DNA of 53,278 nt, filler included, from Sphacelaria rigidula (GCA_964200075.2; 4 parts of 4 records of this genome joined end to end with filler, not necessarily neighbours in it); one strand, 5' to 3'. Positions 1 to 13,927 are shown, counted from the first letter of the whole stretch. The notes: a model not told the origin generated them from the letters alone. A program made the numbers and translations.

Positions 1-2463
1 CCTAAATATACTCCCCCCCCCCCCCCCCCCCCCCACCCCACCCCCTTGATACGTACAGAGTTTCGAAATATCCCAGAGCACATGTGTGCAAAATTTAAGG
101 GTCTCACTTGAAAAACTTGCCTGAAAAATTGCGCGCGTGTGCCTTGAAGTGTACAAAATGTACACGGAATGCCCCCAATTACTTTAATGTAGTATACCAA
201 AGACGTTTTCCTTGTGCGCTTGAGATTTAGATTTTCGAGTTACTCAACGTAACTTACTACAAAATACAAACTTTCTTTACTCGTAGACCACCTCGGGACG
301 ACTCAAATTTGAATTGATTATTTTTTGTTTTGAGGCAATCTGTCCCGTCTTCTAGGGGTCTTCACGCGGGGACCCACGGAAGCCGCTGGAGAGCGGTAAA
401 CTTTGAAATATTCAACATTATTTTCCCATTTGGAGTATCCATATGCACCAAATTGCCAAGTTGTGAGGATGATCGGAGCTTTTCCACGACAGGAACAAGC
501 GAAACCGTCACGATGCTTTCTGGATCTTTGGTGCATATATCAGGACTGGAATTTCGACGACAAGACCCTCCATCGCCGAAATGCCACGTTCTGGGGTATG
601 AATCGCTCCAATACGAACCGTTTTCAACCCCGCTCTTCGCGTTGGATTCCCTAGCTGATGACGGTCACTGAGATTTGATGCATGAGATCAGGAACAACCT
701 GTCAGGATTTCACTTTTGTAATTTCACAATAATTTTAAGGCCCCTAATTGGCCGAGAAACATCTTCAATACCAGTGCCACGGCAGAGGATGCAAGAAAAT
801 ATCTGGCTATGTCACACTGTTCCACACCTTGGACAATATATGATCAATAGATGCAATAGTATAGGCGTATTGCAAGTATTGCTGGCTGACAATAGCCGCA
901 ATATGCCTATACTCTATGCAGTACGTTTCTCGTCTAATGCATATATTGTCCAAGGTGTGTACTATTCGCTCGCTGGTGGGGGTCACTACGATACCAAATA
1001 TGTTTCTATCAGGTCGGGTTTGCGTTCTGTATCTATCAACAGTGGGGCATAAATTTTTGGGTATTCACCCCGAGCCAGCCTGTAGCGTCCAGTCGTGCAG
1101 GAGGCCTTTTGTTCGCCGGGTAACTTGGGGGCGTTCGGAAAAGTTGGTCTGATGAAGACACAACGCCTACATGAAAGTAGGGAAGTCTGAGTCCGCTGGG
1201 TCGCTGACGCAGACGTACCCGTGTGGGTATCGGTGCGGCTAGCACAGCACAGAGTATCGAGCGATCTCCGCCGTATGCCGAGTTTTTCCGAGCGCCACCA
1301 TTGTGCTGACAGAGCCTTCGACACATTCAGGCGCAAGTACGATGCTGTGTGGTATGAACGCCCCAAAAACTTGCACCTGATCCCTTGGTTAGTAAGCGTA
1401 GATTCTACGGTTGCCATGCAAAACAAAGATCAGTATTTGTGTCTGACTCAAACCGCTTTTTTGTATACGCATATTTGTCCGATTTGAGCAGGATGTTGAC
1501 ATACAAAAAGTCAACGCCCACAAATGGGCAAATTAATCTAGTTTTCTCATAGATAGCCGGGAAACATGACCCAACGGGTCCGAAGACTCGATCCGCGGGA
1601 GGGAATCGGTTGCAGACATGGTGAAATCCCCAGATCTGTACAAGTGCAGATTCCTCCCTATAAAAAGTGGTATCGCGCTCGAGGGGAATAAAAGGACCGT
1701 TTACGCATAGGATTGCCATACTCCGAATGTCCCCGGGACTGTCAAGCCGTATTTTCGGAACAGGTGTTCATTTGTCAACTATAGACCTCTTTTCGGGAGA
1801 GGGATACGGCCAGTTCCTGTGGGTATGAAGGAGGTATGTGCAGAAAAATCCGGCGAATCAGCGCCGATTGTTGCTCGAACACGGACATTGGCGGGTGGAT
1901 AGCTTGCTGTACTCTTGGGTGGATTCCAGCGTACTCTCACGATTTTTCGTGCACATGGTTTTACTTTTTGCCATACTAGCCGTTTGTCGATACAAATACA
2001 AATAAAAAAATGTCGCTTTCCTGCGAGTTCGCCCGAGTCATTTCGGGAAAGCTGGAAGGATTTCTACCGCTGTGTGAAATAAATCCCTTGCCCGGCCAAA
2101 ATCAAACTGAGCGTGCGACAGACAGCAGGAAGTTTTTTTGAGGTGGCACAACCCGCCGAGCGACTTTTCCGGACCAAAGTCCGTGCCTAATCGCAACAAA
2201 AGGCATTCAGGGAGGAAAGTTTTCTTCATACCCATAGACGGCCGAAGGAGCATTCACAGCGTGGGTAGTTGAGCGCTAGGTTCTGAGCAGAATGATCGCC
2301 CATATCGTGAGATGTAACCCTGGCGACCTTCCCTCAATAGCTGCGGTCCCAAAAGAAACAGTACAATCTGGAAAAGCTTGGACGTTTTCCCAGTGAGCTC
2401 TTGTATTCACGTTTGTCGAATTGTGCACCAGGAAAGCTCTGTGAACGGGGCAAGATGAGGGTT

Positions 2464-2536
2464 GGGGGGGGGGCATACTCATTTGTTGCTTTCCTTAGTC
2501 GTTTGACCATTGACCACGCATCCCTTTCGAGACGGA
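2464..2536 (+). repeat. Dispersed repeat also present at 22406-22488
   Basis: Poly-G followed by ...ccttagtcgttt(g/t)(a/g)ccatt(g/a)accacgc(a/g)tccctttcgagacgg in both contigs 1 and 2. Confidence 0.75.
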
Positions 2537-5500
2537 GCACCGTGGCAAGATGAGGGTGGGAGGTGTTATTCCACAAATACAAACCTGCCCCTAGTATAGA
2601 TACTTGCACTAATTGGCGGTACCAAGTGGCAGTACCAGCAGTTTCTGCCAGCAAAAGCCACCCTCAGTTCCGTATATACATCCCAAGTCACATCACATCT
2701 TCATGGTGCATATGCAGGTCATTGAAAAACAGGCAGAATGTATAGACCGCGCACATACGAGCAAATCACGGCTCTGGTGACTGTGGGTGTGCCTTCCCTG
2801 CGATGGCGAGTCCTCCCCGTTGTGAAACCCGCTCTTGGTAACACTACTGTCATCAGTCCTTCTGGTCTCAACATCGTGCCTTGAAATTGTATATTGCACA
2901 CCCACGAGGATCTGCTACTGGCGATTTTCATGGGTATTCTTTTACTGTGAGATTATTTCATCATCGCGCCATCGCAACCGCCCCTTCGAGTCGCGAGAGC
3001 ACATGCTGAGCGAACACTTGCAACGGCTTGCCGCCGACGGCTGCGACCTTTATTAAGGAAACTATCACGACGTCTGGAATACTACGCAAATGCCGCTACC
3101 GCATGTCTTGAATACGATGCATCGTCTCATTGAGAGGAATCTAACCCACCTGTCAGGTTTGCTCGGCTTCGCGGTTTCGAAAACCCCAACTTAACAAACA
3201 CCCGAATAGGAATGAAGAAATGTAGCATTGGTGGTGATATCTAGGAGGTACCCTAAAACCCTAACCCCATGTCCACGTATTGCTCTTCACACAGCACACA
3301 CAACGCCTTGGCGCTACTAAGGCACATTTTTTTCACCAGGTCCCTTCACCGCGAACTGACTCCATTGACTCCTTGTACACTTGATGACTATGTATGCAGT
3401 TTGAATCCACAGTTACACAATGACATGTCGGATATTAGGTGGTTGCCAACAATTGCAACAGGAGAACAAGTGTACTGCGTCAAGTGTCGAGCCTATTGCC
3501 TGCCAAAAGGCATAGGCTCGATACTTGATGCAGTGCACTTTGTTCTCGTTGCAACTTCTATACAATACTGCAGCACCTATTGTCCAAGATGTGAACACAA
3601 ATATATCAGCTCAGACGACTGTACGACTCTAAGTGCCCTTTTCTTTTCCGTATCACTATCATTGGGTCGTTGACCGTGGTACATATGGCGCACTACACTT
3701 TCTGTCACACGAATGTGGATCACAGTTGTTCCCACGACACAGAAGACACACACGTGATTCCTTTTTGCCGACTCTACTCACATATTCCACTTTCCCGCGA
3801 ATTCTTCACACCAACTTTGTGGTCACTCCAACAAATGGTCAATCGGTCCTTTTGATATGACCACCCTGAGGCGTGAGGTGTAGGAATGATGATCTCGTGG
3901 ATCACAGGGATTCGCCACTGGTTCAAGGCTGCGTGTGTGCGTTTGTCTACGTGGATGCTGTCTCGGGTCCAGAGAAGTGACGTCAAGGGACAATTGTGGT
4001 ATACACCATGCTCCGAGTGACTGTGGGGGCTGCAATGGACACTGATCCGAGGTGACTCGGCGTTCATTCCGCAAGAATACGTGGGAAACATGCGGAGGGA
4101 CGATATTTTGCCACTTGCATGTGGGCGTGTTCGGGATGACGAGGTGATCTGGTTCTACCCCACCCCCCACGCCCTCCTCAAATATGATTGCCTCCAACTG
4201 ACCACGGCATTAAATCTCAAATTATGCGAGGCACTGGCGGCTGCCGCTAAAGCGCTTAGCCGGAGCGGTCTTGGCCAACACAATTAATTCGTGAGCGGTG
4301 ATTGATAGCACCGTGGAAATAGGTTGGAGACGGACGTATGTTTGAATAACGAAAAGTGTTGGAGAAAATATACGATTTATTGGAGTGCCACCTATGACGG
4401 GAACTAGCAGGTACTACTTACTGTGCTCAAGGGCACTCACTCACTCCCGCACGAGTAGACAATCAATAGGCGAACCAAACATAATTGCTAGTAAGACAGT
4501 AAAACAGGTCGGAGATTGGCATCGATTTTGTCAACCAAGGAACGTAGATGATACAAACAAGAGTGAAATAGTCGCACATACATGAGGGACAACGCAAATA
4601 GTTCCCACGAAGCCAAAATAAGGGGACGAGAGGGGTAGACAGTGTACAATTTAATTGGGTTTTTACCTGCAGTTGAACTTGAAATGGGGCATCTGCAGAA
4701 CTAAAAGATATATGCCACTCCTTGAGACTAGGTGACACGCACGAATGCTCCAGATAGGAACATGCTTAACTAACTCCTCGAACGCGGACGAGAAGACCAA
4801 AACAATGAACCTTCAATCCATACACGAGCAGGAAGCGAAAACGTGCATGGTCTTGGCACATGCATCCCAAGAAAAGTGTCCTGTCCTCGAAAATTATGGT
4901 GACTCATGATTAAAGCGAACGGGAAAACCGCAAAACCAACCCGTGCTTGTACACAAACGAAACGTGGATGTCATCCCTCACGCTCACGCAGGGTGGTTAC
5001 GTACGTATGTATGTGCTCAGAAAAAAAAAGAAGTTGATTTTGAGCAAGAAACGGTGAATGCTGCCGAGTGCACAAAGCGCCGAGTAACCGTACTGGCGCA
5101 CTTCTCACAGCGGTAGACGAACACCTGACAAAGCGGAATGGCAAACAAAAAACGAAAGCGTCTGACCAATTGAGAAAGAGGAGATAACTAAAAGCTTATT
5201 GGAGAGAAAATAGACGCGTGGAAGCAAACCGTGCAGGAACGCATGTGTAGCACGAACGGAAAAAACTAGAACAATCCTCACGAGATCGAACGGATACTAA
5301 CTTTCCCACGTAGGGATGCATGCATGTGCCGGAAAGAAGGGGAGATTTCGTCCTGAGCTATGAGTTGAAACAAGTTGGGTGCACGGAGTTCCAAGGAGCC
5401 GTGCACGTGTAGCAGAGCACCAGAGCACCCTTCAGAACGGCCGCTGAAGATCACATCAGAGAGATACATGCCAACATCCTACACCAAACGAGATGGTGCT

Positions 5501-6336
5501 ACTGTATGGAAAACAAACTAGAAGAGATTCTGGCCCCCCACGGAGGCAGGGGTGCGCTAAAGATAGCGAAGATTTCAGGATAAAGTGGACTACACGCAGG
5601 CACGCAACTGGAAAGACAAAAGGCAATCAGAGTCATGTCTGCGCTGAAAATAGGGGGGGAAATCGTTTCAAGCGAGAAAGATGAGTAAATACTGGGTGCA
5701 CAGAGGGAGGTGCAAATAACCGTACAGCACAGGTGCGCCCCTCACGGCGGCCATGAACACCAGCAACGTCACAGAGATACGAACGTCCCGAACCAAGAGT
5801 ATAAAAAGCGACCATATCAGACGCCAACGTGATGAGCAAGTATTGGAATGGTGTGGCAAACGTATATATAGAACAAAACAGAGAGAGCTAACAGTGGACA
5901 ACCCGTAGGGAAGTGATGCGAAATGGGGAGCAACAGCTCGCTGAAGACTTGGAGACCTGAAGAAGAATGCCCACCGCTGAAGCCGCAATAATCGAATGCT
6001 AAGCGCAAATTTGGGGTCTGGGGAGGTATTGTAGCAAAATGTTGCATTTTTACCGCGATTATCCAAACCAGGGCAGGAAGAGATAGAATTGGGCGTCGAA
6101 ATCTCCTTGCAAGATCCCTTGGTGCTTAGACGGCATTATTGGCAAAGATCGCGAAGGCCGAAAATGTTCCGACCAACGCTGCGCAGGCAGAAATTTTGTA
6201 GCTTGTAATTTCTCCATGTGAGAAATGTAATATGTCAAGTGGGAAAGGGATTCAGAACAGGGCGTTTGGCGAACGTTCGACTCAACATATGCCCGAGGTA
6301 TGATCGTGAAGAAGGTGGATGGAAAGAGCGAAATAA

Positions 6337-6378
6337 TGAAGTGTAGCAGCTGAAGTGTAGCAGCTGAAGTGTAGCAGC
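6337..6378. repeat. 14-bp tandem repeat x3 (tgaagtgtagcagc)
   Basis: Three exact copies. Confidence 0.9.
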
Positions 6379-6927
6379 ACGTGAGTCATGGAAACTACTT
6401 GTGTGGATTCGTTAATCAGAACCAGATGACATCGTGCCAACTCTTCGATGTACAAGAGCTGATCGACAAGGAAGCGGTTAGCAACGAGATGTTGTTTCCC
6501 CCTCTATTGTTGATAGCAGAAAATGATATAGTCAGTAGTCGATCTAAGGTAATGAGCCCCCGACTCGGCCCTTACCTTACCCCTCCGCAGTCAGCTTTCG
6601 CCCGTCGTGTACAACGCCAGCAACGGCGGCGGGCCGACGAAAATCAATTTCCATCTTGGACGAATGACAGAGTTTGGTGACCACTAACGTTGAGTCACTA
6701 TACGGTTTATTCCTGGGCATCAAAGTCCCTGTTCCCGACCTGAAGGCAGACTCGCAGACATCGAATTTGAATCCCTTACAATGGAAGGAATAGAAAGATG
6801 TATCCTGGTACTCACATACATACCATCTGGCGTCAGCACGATGGAATCGTCCGTCACATTCCTTCCTGTTATTACCAAACGACTGAATGTCATGCTTCCG
6901 TCCGACTCAAACTTGAACCGTTGACAG

Positions 6928-9900
6928 GCATGGCTGGACGACAACGGTAACTCTCGGATGAACCGCGGGTTCAGAATCCAGTATTCCAGCGCGCTGGGCC
7001 CTTATGAGGGCGGATTGCACTTTAGTGGGGGCATGAACAGCGATGTCTGCAAGGTGGGACAGTTGGAACGCCTCATAATCTTCACTGGATGAAATTTATT
7101 CCTTCGTGTTTGTGCGGGTCCTTGTGTACGCACAGAGCTAGCGTCGTCGGGTGTTGAAGTTGGCGTTGACGGAGATAAGAGGTGGCCTCGACAACCCATG
7201 AAATTTGGGTTTGGCCAACTGACATCTGAAAAAAATAGGCAATACAAGCCAAGGCCTTTTATTGGTGAGGGTGGTACATGGCAACCAACCTTGCTCCATG
7301 TTGATGCTTGTGATACATGGAAAATCCTTAACAGGCGCTTGGCATGGAGACCGTGTTCTCGAACGCTCTGACCGGGTGCAATCTTGGGGCAGCGGTGGGT
7401 GGAGCGGACTTCAACCCTCACAACAAGAGCGAGGCGGAAATCCAGAGGTGTGTATGTGAGTCTGATCACCGTTTCTCGGCATGAGGACCCACGAGAAATA
7501 GATGTCATGTGTGCCCTTTGTGGATACGGTGTTATTGTAGTGTTTTTGTACTGTTGATGTACTTCCTGATCCGTCTGCGACCCAGAGTTGTTCGTTTGAG
7601 CATAGTCTATCTCTCCGTGTCGACGACAGGAAAAATTCCTTTTGTTTCAGGTTTGTCCCCACTTGTTGTAGATTTCACCACTTAACAGAGGACACCATAA
7701 CTTGGACAGGTTTTGCCAATCGTACATGACAGAGCTGTCGAAGTACATCGGCCCGGACCTGGATATACCGTCGATGGGGTATGGCGTCGGACTCCCTGAG
7801 GTACGTTTCACTCAGGTTTCGGGTTGTGAACTAGCGTGTAGGAACAAGTTGTTCTGTATTTCCGTCCAACAATCTCTGCGCCCTACCGCTGTCTGCAGCT
7901 GTTCAGACGTGGTCTGCAAGTGAAGTACCGTACATTGCCAATCCTCACGCGTCACATGAGTTGTAGAAGCTGTCAGCCCCATGTGTCTATCGCCGGAATA
8001 CTTCTGTGTGCGCAGGTTGGATACCTATACGGCCAGTACAAGCGGATCAACGATCACGTCGCGCAGCGGGGACGGGGTGTTCTCTGGGGAGGAACCCATT
8101 TCTACCCTGAGGTTGGTACACTTCGTGGTTGGTATCCACACTCGCGACTTTCTAGTTACGTTGATACATTGGGGTGCACATGTTTATGTAGAAATAAGGG
8201 CCCTGTGTGTATATGTTGATGTGGACATGAACACATGGACAATACGTCGTTTTTGTTCCCCCCCTCCCCTTCCGCAGGCAACGGGATACGGGGTGGTTGA
8301 ATTCGCCAAGTGCGCCCTGGAGGACAAAGGCGACACTCTCAAGGGGAAGCGATGCTTGATCACGGGAAGTGGAAAGGTATATACAGCGATGTAGGCTAGG
8401 TTGTCCCGCATTAGGTGATGCATTCAGCTGAGTGATCGGCTTCAACATTGAGCGCGGGGCAAGCCGCGTAGCATTTGAGACGGTCATGAGGCGAACATAT
8501 GCGCAGGTCTTTGTAACAGTCGTGTTTCTGTTGCACTGGCCAGGTTGCTGTGCATGTAGCGGAGAAGCTTCTACAGCTTGGAGCGATCCCAATCACGTTT
8601 TCTGATTCAAGTGGGCACATCTACGAGCCAGAGGTACGTGATTATAGCGCGGCTTTTGTTCGCTGTTGAAACGGTGTCTTATCCATATTTATGCTGTGAC
8701 AAGATTGTGTCGAGAAGCACACCGTGCCCACGACCTCGTCTTGGCAAATTGGGCCATGGGAACTATTACATGGCTTGGAAATTCCGAACGAGTACCAGCT
8801 ATTTTGTGTGTACGCGTAAGGATTCGTAGCTTATTCGGTTTGTTGTGCACGAGATATTTCCCGAATTGAATACAGCACACTGGAGACCTTGCATTGGTCT
8901 TCACCTGAGCAACATAGTCATGGTGCGTAGAGCTACGTAAATACATATTCGACACCGCGGCAAGCGAGCGTAAGTATCGTGGTGGATGACGGACGTGACC
9001 TCCGAAGGATTAATGTAAATACTCGCGTTTTGTCTGAAGTAAGAAGTAGTTTTCATACTGCCAGGGTTATATTTTTCACCACATCTTTTCACGTCTCTCT
9101 CGGTCGGTTCTTCATCGTCCATCATTGGACCCTGTTTAGTCGCTCCCGTCGGTGCTCGCTGTATCACGGGATGGAAGTAGTTTCGTTCATTCTTCTCGTC
9201 TTGACCGCGCCCGAATTATCTGGTCCTTCACAGGGTATCGACTCTGCAAAGCTGCGTACGGTGGTCAAGATCAAATCGGAAAGAGGCGCCCGAGTTGGCA
9301 GATACATCATCGCGTCCACGACTGCCAAATACCAGGTATGTGCTCAAATGATGTCATCTACTTGCTGCGTTGGCTCCGTTGACGAAGCGACCCGGAGATG
9401 GAAAAGGGATGGATGTCGCCATCTACCGGTAGAACAAACACGCTGACATCCGCGATCGGGACGCTCTTGGTTGGACCTCGATCATTGAGATCAATAAAAC
9501 AATTGACGGCGTCACGACAATCATTGTATCGCTCGTGTCGCTCGTGTCGCTCGTGTGATGCAGGAGCCGTCGAACATGTTCGACATCCCTTGCGACCTGG
9601 CCTTCCCGTGCTCTCACCGCAATGAGATCGACGGTGAGCTTCTCCACCGTTCGAAACCGAAACGAGGATTGCGTCTAACAAGGATGGGTTTGGTTTGACA
9701 ACTGGGTTTGATTCGCACGTTTGTCATAATGTACTGTATTCCAATCACTGTAGTCAACTTGTCCATGTATTTTCACAGAGGCGGCAGCGACGCTCTTGGC
9801 GGACACAGGCTGCTCCGCCGTCATCGAGGGTGCGCACAGTCCTTGCACGAAAGCGGTGAGTTCGAGGCCATCACGTCTCGATCCAAAATTGCTTAGCCAA

Positions 9901-10687
9901 TGGTGACGAGTCGAATAGAGTGCCATTTTCACTCATCTATTGTTCCCTTACCGTGTACTGAGCTACGACCGTGGTAGACTGCCCGACTGAAATGTGCGCG
10001 CTTGCTCATGGTGGAAGTAATGGCCACAGGGACACGAACGTGTCACTGAGAGCCCCGTTTTTTACTTCTAGTTTGTGCCAGAGGGCCTCTACTTCTCTCA
10101 GACATGCACAACAATGCCCCTACCCTCGTTCATCTCACTCGCGCTGTAAATGTGTGTGCTGGCTGTTTTTGACGTGACTTGCGTAGGCCAAGGCGGTGTT
10201 CCGCAAGCGAGGTCTGGTGTTCGCTCCACACTCGGCCACCCTCGCTGGCAGTGGGATCGTCAGTGGTCTAGCACTCGCCACCAACCCCCTCAGCGCGAAG
10301 GAAAACATCCACGATAGGGTGGCTGAACAGATGAGCATGATATATAGCGATGTCAAGGCGACTGCCACCGAGTTTAATTCCCGCGGCGACTACGGAGCAG
10401 GTATTCATGCTGTTCTTGTGTGTTGTGATCCTGGCGTATCCTGTGATTTCGTTTGAAGTTTCGCGGTTCCTGCGAAACACCGAGAAAAACAGACGGCGAT
10501 CCACGGTCAAATCTGAACGTTTCTCGTTCGTATAACGGATCTCTTTGAAGCTTAAATGTAGATCATCCAAGCACATGTAAATATCTGAACAGGATTCGTC
10601 TCCCACTGTGCTGTTTGGTTTGCAGGCGCAACCATATCCGGATTTATGAAGGTCGCCGACGTCATGCTTGCTCACGGCGCTGTGTAA
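6928..10687 (+). CDS. GDH: NADP-dependent glutamate dehydrogenase-like protein (ELFV dehydrogenase family), 11 exons, 5'-partial; catalytic residues substituted (probable pseudo-enzyme)
   Basis: GT-AG exons at 6928-7053, 7335-7447, 7710-7800, 8016-8111, 8278-8376, 8544-8633, 9234-9335, 9564-9633, 9779-9855, 10187-10400 and 10626-10687 splice in phase into 1140 nt (379 aa + TAA) with no internal stop. The protein is colinear with hexameric [101 protein letters not shown]. Confidence 0.93.
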
Positions 10688-13246
10688 TTTCGATGAAAAA
10701 TGTGCTCTGCCTTGCACGTGAGATGCGGGCTCTGCTGCGCAGGGCTTCACGAATGGCACTGTGTGTTGCTGAAAGGGAGGTCAAGGGGCGTGAGAGGTTT
10801 CAACACACGTTCTTCCCTCGTCCTTACAAACTATATATCGCACTCCCCAAAAGTTTGCTCGTTACATCTTGCTGCCTTTATGTTTGAAGAACATGACCGC
10901 CAATGCTGGAGGAGGCGCGGTGCGGTATCTCGGATGCTGTTGTTGGTGCAATGGTGATAACGTGTGGGACTTAGTCAGACTTGGGGCGATATTTGAACAA
11001 AGAGTGAACTCATTGAATGATGCCACCAAATTTCTTGTGCATTAGATATTGGATTTGAAATCTGTTTATACCCACGCCAAATTGTTTACTCGTCACCGTT
11101 CAGGTAATACCGTCAGTGACTGATGCTCAGGCCTCACTAATAGGCGATAGCCACATATGTGGAGATCAATACGTTACAGTGGAGGTCGATGAATTGCAGC
11201 GTTCAATATTCCGTCGCAAGCCCATAATATTTCGTCGCAAGCCTATTTAGAAGCAAGAGAGAGTTACATGTTGTTAGAGGAGATGAATGGAAGAATAGTT
11301 CCAAGCGAGACTTGAGGGGGATCGTCACCGGCCTCCGTCTTTACTACTGATGGCGGCGGCCTCGTCCCATGGTCGATGAGGTTTTCAACTTCTCTCTGGG
11401 GCAAGTGTTGTTTTCGTACCGTAGACGATCGTCTCGATGGGTGTGGGGCAAACATCGCATCGGGAAAAACTGAAACGCGCTAAACATCCACCCGTAGATG
11501 CGAACGCCTTGTTGTGTTGATTCACCTTCAGAAGATATGTTCGACTGCTTGTGAACCAATAGTGGCCACATGGAATTGATTCTATTCACTGTCGCTGACT
11601 TTGGACTCTCGGCACGGACGTCCCGAATCCAAATGAATGTCATTCCTCATGACATAAGATCAGGAAAAGCATCTCTTCTTTTAAATGTTCAACATCATTT
11701 TCGAATATAATCGGTTGTAGATGAGGACGTTGACGAAGTGTACTCGTATTTACTCAACACAGTAGCGAGGATATGGGACATTCATATATAGGCCATGATG
11801 AAACACGAACACAATACCAAGTGCAGTCCAAGTTGTCACCACTCTCTGTAATGCGCACGTCTCGATCCCTCGAACAGAGACTCCAGCCGCATCAAAGCAG
11901 GGGGGGGTAATGTGGTAGCCACTCTACTTGTATGCGAGTGATTTCCTGTAAGCACATGTAACCCGGCGACGAGGCACTCACGGGAGGAGGTCCAACAGTG
12001 ACCGAGAGATCCGAAACTTTCATGTCTGTGTACAGCGGGATATCCGGGACCCTCGGCAACAGGTCTCGGAGCTCGGAGGCATCAAGATTCAACATAATTA
12101 TGAGTATACAACGACCATCGGGCCTTGGGGAGTCACAAGTCTCTGTACCCTGTACGACTCAACTCCTCTGCTCTGTATGGATGTGTTGCTGTACACCCAC
12201 AAGTGACTGCAGCAGGCTGACGCTGGCAGATGTTAAGCTGCCGCGCGAGCTGTGGCTAAATTGTGCAAGAAAAAAGATACTATTATGTTGAATGGATGCC
12301 TATGACGAACACAGACTTACTTGTAGAGTACAATGGACTGTCGAAGTCCGGTTGAAAAGTTGGAGAAGTGAAGAGTCAAAAAGTTTGGCTCGTGGGTTCT
12401 CGGGTGCTCCTCTTCCCAAGAGCTCGTCGTATCGTAATCCTATCAAAGATTCTCGATCGTACTGGACCGTTATACTCAGATCGATCTACAGTGTACTTGC
12501 TATAGATGTAATTATAGAAAACTCCTACGAGTATATCCGATGTTTTTACCAACATCGGTTGCTCCGCATGCATACCAAACAAACGACACATGCTACCACC
12601 TGCGCTATGTCACTGAGCATTGCCTGAATAGTCTATGCCAGAGTCTATCCTTAACATGCTCACCACCCAGTCTCACGGCCAATCCTTGCTGTGAATATCA
12701 AGAGGGAAAATACACCTCGCTTTCGAGATACCTCGGGGAGATCCTCCCTAAGGAACACCCTACAACCCTAGAGAAGGAGCCTTTACAGTTGAAAACGTAA
12801 CTATATTCTGCGATGGATCAATTAATTGAACGTTACAATCTACAGTACTCGTACACTGTTACCTTCATTCCGTTTAAATCTACACTTGATACCCCACCCA
12901 CATTTGAATTAAACTCATTTCCACCAGGGTTTTATAAAAACGTTGATATCCTCGAGTGTTTAGCTAGCACGTCAGGAATAGTTGAACACCCAGGGCAAGT
13001 CGAGTAGAAGAGTATATAAACAGCCGACTCATCGAAACTGAGGATGGAGCCTGCCATTGAGGATAGGAACCCGGAGGATCAAAATATTCCATTCGTATTC
13101 ACACCAAATTGTCGAAATGAACAGCCGATTTTTCATTTTGGAGTCTGACACTAAAATGGGGCTGAAGTCGCATTTCTCTATTAACAGCAAATCATCTATG
13201 TTGAGGATGGTACTTTTTGTTGAGGATGAAACACAGTCGGAAAAAC

Positions 13247-13346
13247 NNNNNNNNNNNNNNNNNNNNNNNNNNNNNNNNNNNNNNNNNNNNTTAATTAATT
13301 AANNNNNNNNNNNNNNNNNNNNNNNNNNNNNNNNNNNNNNNNNNNN
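13247..13346. other. Artificial contig linker (N44-TTAATTAATTAA-N44)
   Basis: 100-bp N run with a six-frame stop cassette; identical linkers at 26592-26691 and 39936-40035. Confidence 0.98.
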
Positions 13347-13927
13347 AGGGTCATCATCTGCAGGATGCCCTTGTCCCCTGGTCATAATCCAGGATCCAAT
13401 ATATACTCAACCGTGACGGCGTGATTTCGCCACAGCACAAAACAACCTCGACAGCAATCGAAGGGATGCCGGAGCGTTGATCCAACGCTCCGCCACTCAC
13501 CAAGAAAGACGGCAAACGAAGCACTGAAGGAGAGATAAATTTTGAGACCGAGGGCTATATAGTTCGTCCCCTTAAAAGATGGGGTGGGTAACTGGAGAGT
13601 CTCGGCGACGCATGTATTTTTTGTCAGCGTGACTTGTGTGAGCGTACGTCTTTCATGAAAGCCACGGTTACGAGAAATTTTCTCTTGTTTACGAAATAAA
13701 TACGAAAACTCATAGTGCCGAAAGAACAAAGTCTTCCAGCTTCTTAAACCGTATACACTGAAAAAAGCCAAACCGACGACAAAAAAGCACCATTCCCAAA
13801 CCCTACCGTGAAAGTACGCGACAAACGAAGAAAAACAGCACATATGCGACAAACAATTCAAGACTAGGGATTTCCAACGCCGCCAAGGCGGTCTGGTAAA
13901 GCAATATGGAGGCCTTCAAGCTCTCAC

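Noticed and set aside
2292-2395. MIAHIVRCNPGDLP as the missing GDH N-terminus (cf. RRNPGEPEF)
   Set aside because: Similarity stops after NPG; no EFxQAV/EPER motif and no suitable donor site.
3800-6300. Possible decayed coding or transposon sequence (purine-rich + strand)
   Set aside because: No recognisable domain in the frames I read; left unassigned.
12790-12830. VTIFCDGS as an RNase H motif
   Set aside because: Isolated short match in a stop-riddled frame with no other RNase H or RT motifs.
13291-13302. TTAATTAATTAA palindrome as a biological site
   Set aside because: Assembly linker flanked by N runs and repeated three times.
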